In this document: positions 22,501 to 30,493 of the stretch, one piece after another
Position numbering within the stretch: position 1 is the first letter of the stretch
Layout: each line of letters begins with the position of its first letter
Assembly (NCBI GenBank): GCA_918797485.1
Contig: CAKKNE010000001.1
Location: 1,674,001-1,738,000 of the forward strand
Direction: 5' to 3'
Source: Pelagomonas calceolata
Lineage: Eukaryota
DNA length: 64,000 nucleotides
Made by a program: the position numbers and the translations under genes
Notes under the pieces: model-generated
Told to the model about the DNA's origin: nothing
Database searches by the model: none
Seen by the model: the letters and a program-made list of their open reading frames with translations, nothing else

Positions 22501-22866
22501 CCAGTAGTCCTCGCGGCCCGTCGCCTTCCAGTAGTCCTCGCGGAAGGCGAAGAAGCCGTAGAGGCGCCTTACTTTTATGTTGCTGATGTCCGTGAAGGAG
22601 CCGCCGAGCTCCGACTCGCCGGCGCCGAACGCGAGGCCCGCGAGGACGACGGCGATCAGACCGGTCACGAACATGACACACCCCGGGTAGTGCACGACCG
22701 TCTTGTGGAAGCGGTTCGGCACGGGGATTTTGGCCTCCTCTTCCATGGGTCTTCTCACGGAAACGTTGGCCCGCGCCCGGCGCCCGAAGTCGTCGATCGG
22801 CGCCTCGTCGTTTTCAGACGCCTTGGCATCAATGTCCTCTACACCGTCGTCCTTGGACTCGTCCAT
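19594..22866 (-). CDS. Patched/Dispatched-family RND transporter with sterol-sensing domain
   Basis: ~12 TM; ILGIGCDDIFV and GMAVDYVLH motifs; AMLATSVTT; two large luminal loops. Confidence 0.9.
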   Translation of the reverse strand: MDESKDDGVEDIDAKASENDEAPIDDFGRRARANVSVRRPMEEEAKIPVPNRFHKTVVHYPGCVMFVTGLIAVVLAGLAFGAGESELGGSFTDISNIKVRRLYGFFAFREDYWKATGREDYWRRRLSSDSVLSKNHGVSKATLARIPVKTTRSTKRQQRRRLDAHEDTTDHGAPRREEDCRFSVVVRARKSGDILGKGLSTLRRIHRRLTHTEGYDDYCLSEDGGATCVPPTSVFEGLANAPPPLATCANNTCGAYLDASLPTCDDHFGSVDQFATDAFGPLCESTDVYRTSVNIGKGRKKSFQYDVAGSASDECMTVVAAQRAFTVGGGWDCTSNKATYAKITYATGMPLSRCEGDCWDDAEEEEVEEWAIGTMMPRLHKLRTKLHDGESFKEADYDLVFDGACYFIDYYLANDQQKLLIAVIIVLIVLILQTKSVWIACCGLFEIVISFPIGLFVWVVIMQQDYVTYLMYNGVFIILGIGCDDIFVLMDAWKQSAMHPAREVRESLLLRFTWAYNRAASAMLATSVTTCAAFVACAVSPIWDIQCFGVVSAVMVFADYLLVITFLPAACIVRERYFPQQCKDCGTKACLKSSPVGAAPSSDDKVDEVRPPDAKKPRLVERFYGGPFADFIIKGKIPLTILFCGILVSSMIVWNLLLVRATSATDWFVSDHPFTLHDKATKYKFLEERTDEKESSWLVAGISEDDPWALTGGAHPACVEGETLDGKSCMGSAKYKGFDLAKHQQAWIDASTAYEDELRAQGASPHYESGHYNFMIDFKNYVLHQNLTFPYSPDDNDAFVAKLIEFRDSWEPPYGWLHLGGQSEYPGDQTGFHVEGNTIKAVFAGFNTTRDVDRDSFDELYDVHEGARAALKKAKQFLGGHIYQVTYYDDWMVASKAFYDSSRINIVTAFAFALIIMLCATANWIVTLIAFGSLVTTVSTTLALMVFYGWELNVIESIDVSIAGGMAVDYVLHMSHAYNHQDPTLTSSERVRLAMGEMGISVLSGCITTFGACCALFSCDLLWFKMFGYFICTLIMSSFVVSNFGMMALLALCGPTNGKGDVAFLKDPRGYIQKLRGGAPAEAVEAKEAP

Positions 22867-23347
22867 CGCTGCGGTCCTCGACACGAGTGCCGCTTGAGCC
22901 TGGTACGCGTACGCCTTTGCACGCCCTCTGCGGTATACAGACACTCCTCCTCACACCGATCCGCGGCGGCGCTGCCGGACCCGATCGATTGGTGTCCGAG
23001 CACGGTGTGGCGGTCCCGCTGCGGCGGTGGGGCAGCGTATGAAGCTGCTGCGCCCGGCGGGGAACGCGTTCAACGCGGCATGTGCTTGGGGGAGATTGCC
23101 GAGCAAGTACCCGATTTGACCCTAGCCGACCGCCCCGATGTATCTTTGGCAGGCCCACGCGTGCCCCGGCAGCCCTAAATCTAATTAATCTCCCTAGTGC
23201 CTCTATCTCTATCTAGTGCAGCCCCCAGGATTTCGGCGCGAGAGCGGCAGGATCCACAGCGCGCACGTTCGTGTAGCAGCGGTTAAGCGTCTGGCATCGT
23301 CCAGACCCGGCCCAGCCACCCACCGGAAACCGCAGAGCAGCGAAACC

Positions 23348-25306
23348 ATGGCAGAGGAGATAGTCGTAGGCGAGGTCATCTCCAATGGAACTTACACGAC
23401 GACGGACCCCCAGTGCGACGTCGATATTAGGATGGGCGACGGCGCGGCGGCGCGCGCGCCCGTGACGGTGGGCGACGCGCTGCGGAGGACGAGCGCTGCG
23501 GTGCCTAACAAAGTAGCTTTACGAGTGAAAAGAGAAGGCGTGTGGCGGGAGTGGACCTGGAGCCAGTACGAGGGCGAAGCGGTGAGGGTGGCGCAGTCGT
23601 TGATCGCGCTCGGTGTCAAGGAGCGCGAGGCCGTGGCCATCATTGGGTTCAACTCGCCGGAGTGGGTGTTTTCGTGGGCGGGAGCTGCCACTATAGGATG
23701 CATGGGCACGGGCATTTATGCGACGAACGGGCCGGAAGGCGTCGCTTATGTTGTTGATCATGCGAAGGCCAAGATCGTCATCGCCGAGGACGAGAAGCAA
23801 CTGGCAAAGTTCCGGAAAGTCGACAAATCGCTCCTGAAATCCGTCAAGGCCTTTGTGGTCTACTCGCCCAACGAGCCGACGCCGGACAAAGTGCACGGCA
23901 TCCCCGCGTACACGTGGAGTGGCTTCATGGAGCTCGGTGCTAAAACATCACAAGAGGCGGTCGAAGTGAAGCGCGGCGCGGTGGTCCCCGGCCAGTGCTG
24001 CTCGCTCATTTATACGAGTGGTACTACTGGTAACCCGAAGGCGGTCATGATCTCGCACGATTCTTGTACCTGGACGGCCAAGGTCGCCTTCGAGGACGTT
24101 TTTGGGTTAGGTCGAGAAGAGCACGTCGTGTCCTACCTCCCGCTGTCGCACATCGCGGCCCAACTCATGGACATCATCAGTCCCATGGTGAATGAAGTCA
24201 CTGTTCATTTTGCGAGACCCGACGCCCTCAAGGGCTCTCTGAAAGGCACTCTACAGGAGTGCCAGCCGACCGTCTTCTTCGGCGTGCCTAGGGTCTGGGA
24301 GAAGTTCCGCGAGGCGATCCTGGCCAAGGCCAAGGACCTGTACTCCGGGTTGCTCGGCGGCCTCAAGAAGAACATCGGCGCGGCGGGCAAGGCCTACAAC
24401 CTGCAAAAGTATTTGGCGGCCGAAAGAGGAGAAGCCCCGCCGGGCGGCTGCCTCTCGCCGGCATTGGGCAGGAAAGTGAGTGGCGGCATCAAGGCCGTGC
24501 TGGGCTTCGAGCGGTGCCACACGTTTTGTACGGGGGCCGCGCCCATTAGCCGTGATGTCCTGGAGTACTTTGGGAGCCTCGATATTAATGTCTTGGAGTT
24601 GTTTGGCATGTCCGAGGTCACGGGGCCCTCGAACTGTAGCGTGGCGGATGCCTTCCGCATCGGCAAGTGCGGCCGCCAGTTACCCGGGACGGAGACCGCG
24701 ATTGCCGAAGAAGACGGCGAGGTCATCTTTCGGGGGCGCCACGTCATGATGGGCTACATGTACAACGAGAAGGCCACGAAGGAGACCATTGATGAAGAGG
24801 GGTGGCTCCACTCCGGGGACATCGGCACCAATGAAGAGGGTTACCTTAAGATTACGGGTCGGAAGAAGGAGATCCTCATCACCGCCGCTGGAGAAAATGT
24901 GGCTCCTGTTTTGTTGGAGGATGAGATCAAGAAACAACTGCCTTGTGTGAGCAACGCGATGGTCATCGGCGACCGCAAAAAGTACTTGACAGTATTTTTA
25001 TGTCTCAAGACGAAGATGAACGAGGAGGACGGGACACCTTTACCAGGTTTAGTTTCTGATTCGGAGTTATTTGGGTGTTCTACAGTGCAGGACGCGAAGA
25101 CCTCACCGGAGTACAAAAAACATTTAGATGAAGGCTTGACGAGGGCGAACAAGAACGCCATTAGTCGGGCGCAGAACGTCCAGAAGTGGGCGATATTACC
25201 CAGAGACTTCACGCAGGAAGGTGGGGAGTTAACCCCGACGATGAAGCTGCGGCGCAAGGTCGTGCTGGAGATGTACCCCGACGTCGTGGCCCAGCTCTAC
25301 AACTAG
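23348..25306 (+). CDS. Long-chain fatty acid-CoA ligase, bubblegum (ACSBG) type
   Basis: YTSGTTGNPKAVMISHD, SYLPLSHIAAQ, FGMSE, GWLHSGDIG, GGELTPTMKLRR. Confidence 0.92.
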   Translation: MAEEIVVGEVISNGTYTTTDPQCDVDIRMGDGAAARAPVTVGDALRRTSAAVPNKVALRVKREGVWREWTWSQYEGEAVRVAQSLIALGVKEREAVAIIGFNSPEWVFSWAGAATIGCMGTGIYATNGPEGVAYVVDHAKAKIVIAEDEKQLAKFRKVDKSLLKSVKAFVVYSPNEPTPDKVHGIPAYTWSGFMELGAKTSQEAVEVKRGAVVPGQCCSLIYTSGTTGNPKAVMISHDSCTWTAKVAFEDVFGLGREEHVVSYLPLSHIAAQLMDIISPMVNEVTVHFARPDALKGSLKGTLQECQPTVFFGVPRVWEKFREAILAKAKDLYSGLLGGLKKNIGAAGKAYNLQKYLAAERGEAPPGGCLSPALGRKVSGGIKAVLGFERCHTFCTGAAPISRDVLEYFGSLDINVLELFGMSEVTGPSNCSVADAFRIGKCGRQLPGTETAIAEEDGEVIFRGRHVMMGYMYNEKATKETIDEEGWLHSGDIGTNEEGYLKITGRKKEILITAAGENVAPVLLEDEIKKQLPCVSNAMVIGDRKKYLTVFLCLKTKMNEEDGTPLPGLVSDSELFGCSTVQDAKTSPEYKKHLDEGLTRANKNAISRAQNVQKWAILPRDFTQEGGELTPTMKLRRKVVLEMYPDVVAQLYN

Positions 25307-25440
25307 AGTACTATCGGCCGCGGCAGCGACGGCGCCTGGCGCGGCGGCGGTGAACACCAGTATGCAGAGAAGCCGCACAATTCCCCTTCCCCCCTAGAGC
25401 CCTCCCGTTTTTTAAGACACCGGGTCACGAACAACAACAG

Positions 25441-26418
25441 TTAGTCGGCGAGCCGCTCTCCACTTATGGCGTAGACCGCTCCTTCCTCAGGAAGGTCGCG
25501 CCTTCGAGGTAAGACCGCCGCGTCGAGGAGCGCTTTCACAGAAACGCCGCGCGATCGTAGCGTAACGGTGGGGAAGACGTCCTGACTACGTGACACTTGG
25601 CACGCGCCGACGGCGCGCCGCGTGAAACCGCCGCGCCGCCTTGCTACAAAAATCACGTGACGGTGCTCGCCGACAACACGCGACAGCACGCCAACCCGGT
25701 CGCAGGCCCGGCCCTCGAGGCCGCCTCTCCGAAAAGCGCCCTCGCTATACAACCCTCCGAGCGTCGCGAGAGCAAAAGAACCGCGAGATTTCCCGCCGAC
25801 GACGCCGCGCCGCGTCTCCTTGGCGCTCTGGGCGCCCACGAAGCACTCGACGAAGTCGCCGTCGTATGTCAACTCGACCTCGAAGTAGCTCCACGCGTCC
25901 GACGTCGGTAGAGGCATCCTAGCAAAGGCATGGGCGTAGCGCGGCGAGTTTATCGAGGGCGCCAAGCGCGCCACGACATCGTACAGGAAGTTTCGTGTGT
26001 ACCACACGTCGCCCACGCACGTCGCCCACGCTCTATCGCCGTGGAAGCCGTTCTCGCAGAGGTACGTGGCAATTTGTGCGGAAACGTCATCACTGGAGAA
26101 GCATCTCGCTTCAAGCGCTAATCTACGTGCTGCCGCCTCGATGCGGGACCGCGTGCACGCGTCCGCGTCGACTTTTGGAGGCGGCGACGGCGGCGGCGTG
26201 ATTAATGCTTTGAGTGACGGCGGTCGCGGCGGCAGGGCCGACGCGTCTTCAATGGGACAGGGCGGTCTCCTTCTAATCAACGAGCGGGCGACGGCTAATA
26301 ATTCAGCCGTGAGGTTGGCCCGGCTCTTGCGATGCGCATTTCGCACCGGCACGCCGAGGAACTGGCGCTCCTCCGGTATTTCGTCTTCCGGCGCCGGCGG
26401 CGCGGCTTGCGCGGTCAT
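25441..26418 (-). CDS. SPRY-like domain protein
   Basis: WSYFEVEL, DRVGVL and VFPTVTLRS motifs of SPRY/B30.2. Confidence 0.65.
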   Translation of the reverse strand: MTAQAAPPAPEDEIPEERQFLGVPVRNAHRKSRANLTAELLAVARSLIRRRPPCPIEDASALPPRPPSLKALITPPPSPPPKVDADACTRSRIEAAARRLALEARCFSSDDVSAQIATYLCENGFHGDRAWATCVGDVWYTRNFLYDVVARLAPSINSPRYAHAFARMPLPTSDAWSYFEVELTYDGDFVECFVGAQSAKETRRGVVGGKSRGSFALATLGGLYSEGAFRRGGLEGRACDRVGVLSRVVGEHRHVIFVARRRGGFTRRAVGACQVSRSQDVFPTVTLRSRGVSVKALLDAAVLPRRRDLPEEGAVYAISGERLAD

Positions 26419-26638
26419 CCTACAGCCCTGGCCACAGCCCCTCGACGCGTGCTGCCGCTGTAGGCCTTTGCGCTGCGACTGCACTTATTACCCAGGGGGC
26501 GCCAGCGCCGAGTCCTGGACCCTGTCCAACCAGCAGTGCATTCGTGCGATAGTTCTTCGATATTTTCAGGCGTGTGCGGCCGTCTCGAAGTCACTTGTTG
26601 GCGTGAACTTGCAAAAAAACCGCGCTGCAGCAGAATTT

Positions 26639-26661
26639 GCTAGCGGTAGTAAGACACTAGC
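26639..26661 (-). promoter_or_regulatory. Conserved upstream element (copy 5, 23 bp), divergent promoter
   Basis: gctagcggtagtaagacactagc, followed by aaaa. Confidence 0.65.
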
Positions 26662-26820
26662 AAAACCAAGCCCTCGGCATTCCAAGGGCCCAAACGCCGT
26701 CGCTGCCTCCGCGGACGACCTGATACGACTGCTATCGCTTCCTTCCAGCCCACTCCCTCCGTGGGTAACATCTCGTCCCTCGAAAACCTCTGCCCAAGGC
26801 ACACCGCATCACACCATACC

Positions 26821-27195
26821 ATGGAATTCGTGCGCCGCGTCGTCTCGGCGCTCGGCAGCCGAGAATTCCTCTTCGGCGCCGACGACAACGTCTCCGTCTC
26901 GACGAAAGAAGGCACGCTCTGGCGCGTCGATTCTTCAGGGAAGTGGGTCAAGCGCTGGTTCGAACTCAGAGAAGACGTCTTAGCGTCCTACAAAGCTGAA
27001 GATAGGAGCAAGCTCAAGAACGCGATCAAGGTGTCGAAAATTACAAAAGTCGCGATGACGCCGGGCGACGCCGCGGGCACGTCGTTCACGATGACGTGCG
27101 GGACGACGGACTATCCGTTTAGAGCGGACGAGCCGGCGGACGCCGAGGCCTGGGTGGCAGTGATCTCCAAAAGGATGACCCAAACGAACCCGTAA
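26821..27195 (+). CDS. Small PH-domain protein
   Basis: KEGTLW...WVKRWFEL...YK...FRA...AEAWVAVI. Confidence 0.85.
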   Translation: MEFVRRVVSALGSREFLFGADDNVSVSTKEGTLWRVDSSGKWVKRWFELREDVLASYKAEDRSKLKNAIKVSKITKVAMTPGDAAGTSFTMTCGTTDYPFRADEPADAEAWVAVISKRMTQTNP

Positions 27196-27349
27196 ATATA
27201 CTGTGAATATGATTAACTCGCTAGTAGCCGTTCCGAGTCAAGGTCGTCCTCGACTTGCCAGTGTCCGACTCGTAGTCGCAGCCGAATCGTAAATATACTG
27301 TGAATATTAGGTGGTAGCGAGGAGCCTTTCCAGGTCGTCCTCGACCTGC
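27191..27349. repeat. Local direct duplication spanning the RhoGAP gene's last codons and 3' flank
   Basis: cgtaaatatactgtgaatat identical at 27191-27210 and 27288-27307; aggtcgtcctcgac at 27241 and 27332. Confidence 0.85.
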
Positions 27350-30132
27350 GGCGAGCCGGCTCCGGTGTACAGGATCTGCTCGCCGGACGCGTCTATCGAC
27401 GGACTCGAGAGGCGCCAGGCGCCCACCCTATGCGCGTGCAAAGCGTCGCTCGCGTCCTTCTCCGAACCAAACAACGCGACGCCCTGCTTGCCCTTGACCC
27501 GCACCTTGGTCACTCCAAATTCCTCGAGCGCATGCCGCAGGGACCACTCTCTTTCATCATCGTCGGAGTCGTCGCTGTCTATTTCGTCGACGTACGTCGC
27601 GCGGACGGCGCGGGCCTCGATCGGTCCCTCTACTTTCGGCGGCGGCGGCGGCTTCCAGTCCGGCGGCCGGTCCGACGCTTCTGGTGGTTTTTCGGGGGTG
27701 TGTGATGGCATCGGCGGCGGGGGCGCGTCCGGCACGTGCGGCGGCATCGGGGGCGGCGCGTCCGACGCATGCGGCGGCCACGGGTCGGCGGAGCCGGCGG
27801 GCCAGGGGTCTCCACCGTTATCATCCTTGACGGGCGTGTGCGACGGCATCGGCGGCGGGGGCGCCGCGCTGTCCGGCGCCCGCGACAGCATCGGCGGCGG
27901 CGACGCGGGCCAGGGATCAGCAGCGGGCGGCGCCCAGCCCGGCGGGTGGTGGTCGGGCGGGCGCATGGCGAGTTTCGGCGACTTCTTTTTCGAAGCCAGC
28001 TTCGGCGAGAAGGGGTTGGCCGGCATGTGCGCGAAGGCGTCGAACGCGGTATGTGGTTTTGGTGATGGCGCCGGTTGCCTCGGCGACCACGCCGGGCTCT
28101 CGGGCGCGCGCGGCGACTTGGGTCCTCCCGCGCCGGCGTTTACTACTCTAAGTAAGCGCTCGCAGGCGATACTGGCCTGGATCTTGGCCGTCGTCGACAC
28201 GGCTCCAGACGAGGGAAGCAGCACGGGACATAAAGCAGCGGCGAGGCCGCGCCACGACGACCCATTTAATCTTTGCCGTCTGACGATGCGCGCCAAGTGC
28301 GCCGCCAACCTCCCCAACAACTGCTTGTGGATCGGCGGCAAATCGTCCACCAACTTCTGCAGCGCCTCGCGCTGCGCCGCGGCGGTCCGGGGCTCCGTCG
28401 CCGCCCGGACGAAGGCGTCGCGCGTCTCGTGATGTACGGTCTTGCAAAGCGGCACATGCATCATGAGTAGAGCTCGGACCGCGTCCACCGCGGCATGGGG
28501 CTCGCCGCCCTCGATCGCGCTCACGATCGCCTTCGAAGCTTTTTCTGGAGTCGCCTGGCCGAGCGCCGCTTGTGTCGGGTCCCCACCTAATGCCGCTTTC
28601 ACAGAAGCGCACCTCTTTGCATCGCCGCGCTCGATCCAGAGATTTGCGGTACACATCGCACGCTCGTCGGCCTCGAACGCGTCGAGAGCCGTTCGCACGG
28701 CCTCGGCACCATGCGCCGTCCAGGGCTGCGGCGGCGTATCTTCTGAATGGTGGAACGCGTGTTGCGCCTTGCCGAAGAGATTCGCAAACCCCTTCTTCTT
28801 CCTCGGTGCCGGGTCGCTTTTCGCCTCCTCGGCACCTAGACGGCCGGCCAACGACCCCTGGCGCTTCTTGAGCTGCTTCCGCCGCAAGTCGCCGGAGGCC
28901 TCGTGGTCGAGGTGGGGCCGCGGGCTCGATGGTTCATCGGTCGCGTCGACGGTCTCCTTCTTCGAGAACGCGGTCAGGGCCATCATCGTCCTCGAAGCGG
29001 CCGCGCGGAACCGGTTTTGTTGCATCGACTCGAGCGAGGGCGCCGGGGCGGCACTGGGCGCGTCCTCGACGTCGACGGGGGGCACGGCGTTCTTCTTCGA
29101 GAAGGCGCCGTGCTGGCCCGTGGCCTTCGCCGCGGCCTTGCGCACTTTCGTCGCCGCGGGGCCCAGCGCCGCCGCCGCGTTCGATGCGATCTCCCGCGCG
29201 CGTTGTGCAGCGCCCGTCAGCGTCCCGCGCCAGCCTTCGGGTATGAGATCCGTCTTGAGCGCCTCGAGGTACTCCTCTCGGCTCACGGTCCCGTTGCCGT
29301 CCGTGTCGGCCTTCGCCACCAACTCTTTCACACGTTCCAAGCTCGCGTCGGCGTCGTTCTTCAGGAGCGCCGCGTGGATCTCCTCGGCGCTCAGCTCGCC
29401 GTCCCCATCAACATCCATGGCGTCGAAGGCTCGCGACGCGGCGCGCTGCTCGTCCGTCTCGTCCGGCTGCGCCCGCGGGGAGAAGGCCCCGTGGACCCCC
29501 GTCAGTTTTGCAGCGGCCTTCCGCAACCTCAAGCTCGCCGGCCGGGCCGCGGCCGGGGACGTCTCGTGGGCGGCGGGGATGGCGACGCCGGCCCCAGCGT
29601 CATCAGTAGGCGCTTCGTCGCCCGCGGACCACGCGGGCTCGGCCGGCGGCGGCTCAGCGCTCTTTTTCTTGGCGAGCTTCTCCTTGACCTTTGCGCCGGC
29701 GTGGTGGAGCCCTGTCAGCGCGGCGAGCTTCTTGCGCAGCTTGCGCGCGCCGCTTGCCGAGCTTGCGGGCGCGTCGGGCGCCTCGGCCGCGGCCGTGACG
29801 CCGGGCGCCGCGGGCTGCGACCAGGGGTCCTCCGGCGGGCTCGCGGGCGGCACGGCGACGGACGGGCTGCCCTCGGTCCGGGCCGGCAGCGCCGGCGACG
29901 TGGCCGCCCCGAAGGGATCGGCTGGTGGTGAAGTGGGTGTCTCGATCCAGGGATCGGAGGCCGCCGAGGGTGTGGCCCAGGGGTCCGGGTCCGTCGGTCT
30001 GGCGGGGCTTACGATGGGGTCCGCCGGCGGCGCTGCCATTTGTGGGCTGCCCGGGGCGGCGGCCACGAAGGGATCGGCGGGCGCCGAGGCCGCGGCCCAG
30101 GGGTCTTCCTGGCTCTCCGCGACGTCCACCAT
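27307..30132 (-). CDS. EF-hand + RhoGAP-like + proline-rich protein
   Basis: Two EF-hands (DVDGDGELSAEE, DTDGNGTVSREE); RhoGAP-like LPPIHKQLLGRLAAHLARI...N...LAAALCPVLLP; many DPW/DPF motifs. Confidence 0.8.
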   Translation of the reverse strand: MVDVAESQEDPWAAASAPADPFVAAAPGSPQMAAPPADPIVSPARPTDPDPWATPSAASDPWIETPTSPPADPFGAATSPALPARTEGSPSVAVPPASPPEDPWSQPAAPGVTAAAEAPDAPASSASGARKLRKKLAALTGLHHAGAKVKEKLAKKKSAEPPPAEPAWSAGDEAPTDDAGAGVAIPAAHETSPAAARPASLRLRKAAAKLTGVHGAFSPRAQPDETDEQRAASRAFDAMDVDGDGELSAEEIHAALLKNDADASLERVKELVAKADTDGNGTVSREEYLEALKTDLIPEGWRGTLTGAAQRAREIASNAAAALGPAATKVRKAAAKATGQHGAFSKKNAVPPVDVEDAPSAAPAPSLESMQQNRFRAAASRTMMALTAFSKKETVDATDEPSSPRPHLDHEASGDLRRKQLKKRQGSLAGRLGAEEAKSDPAPRKKKGFANLFGKAQHAFHHSEDTPPQPWTAHGAEAVRTALDAFEADERAMCTANLWIERGDAKRCASVKAALGGDPTQAALGQATPEKASKAIVSAIEGGEPHAAVDAVRALLMMHVPLCKTVHHETRDAFVRAATEPRTAAAQREALQKLVDDLPPIHKQLLGRLAAHLARIVRRQRLNGSSWRGLAAALCPVLLPSSGAVSTTAKIQASIACERLLRVVNAGAGGPKSPRAPESPAWSPRQPAPSPKPHTAFDAFAHMPANPFSPKLASKKKSPKLAMRPPDHHPPGWAPPAADPWPASPPPMLSRAPDSAAPPPPMPSHTPVKDDNGGDPWPAGSADPWPPHASDAPPPMPPHVPDAPPPPMPSHTPEKPPEASDRPPDWKPPPPPKVEGPIEARAVRATYVDEIDSDDSDDDEREWSLRHALEEFGVTKVRVKGKQGVALFGSEKDASDALHAHRVGAWRLSSPSIDASGEQILYTGAGSPQVEDDLERLLATT

Positions 30133-30493
30133 GGCGTTAAGGGCAGCCTATACCCACTGTTCGGTGTGGGCTCTCAGGACTTTGGTGCGTGGTCTCTGCG
30201 ATGCTGTTGGAGAGGGGCAGCCCCACTGCCGAGCGTCTCTATCCACGACGCAGGTGAGCTGCTTCTGGTTTGCCTTTGCCTGTTCAGCTTTGATTTGAGC
30301 TCTAGTATCTCTCTACCTAGGTACAGCTAATCTGTAGAGAGATTGAATGGGGGGGGCGAGGCGGTTCTGCTTAGAAGGGTATGTACTGTTATCAAGGACG
30401 CGGCCCGCGCCCGCCGCCGATGAATCCTAGCACCGTAACGGACCCGCGGCGGTCGTGGCGGCTAGGCCTAGCTCCAAGCAAAGCAACAGAAAC

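Noticed and set aside
28442..30298. 618-aa plus-strand ORF, and similar long antisense ORFs (27311..28432, 12827..13924, 47444..48424, 25997..26983)
   Set aside because: Antisense shadows of real GC-rich genes; low-complexity Ala/Gly/Ser/Arg sequence with no domain motifs.
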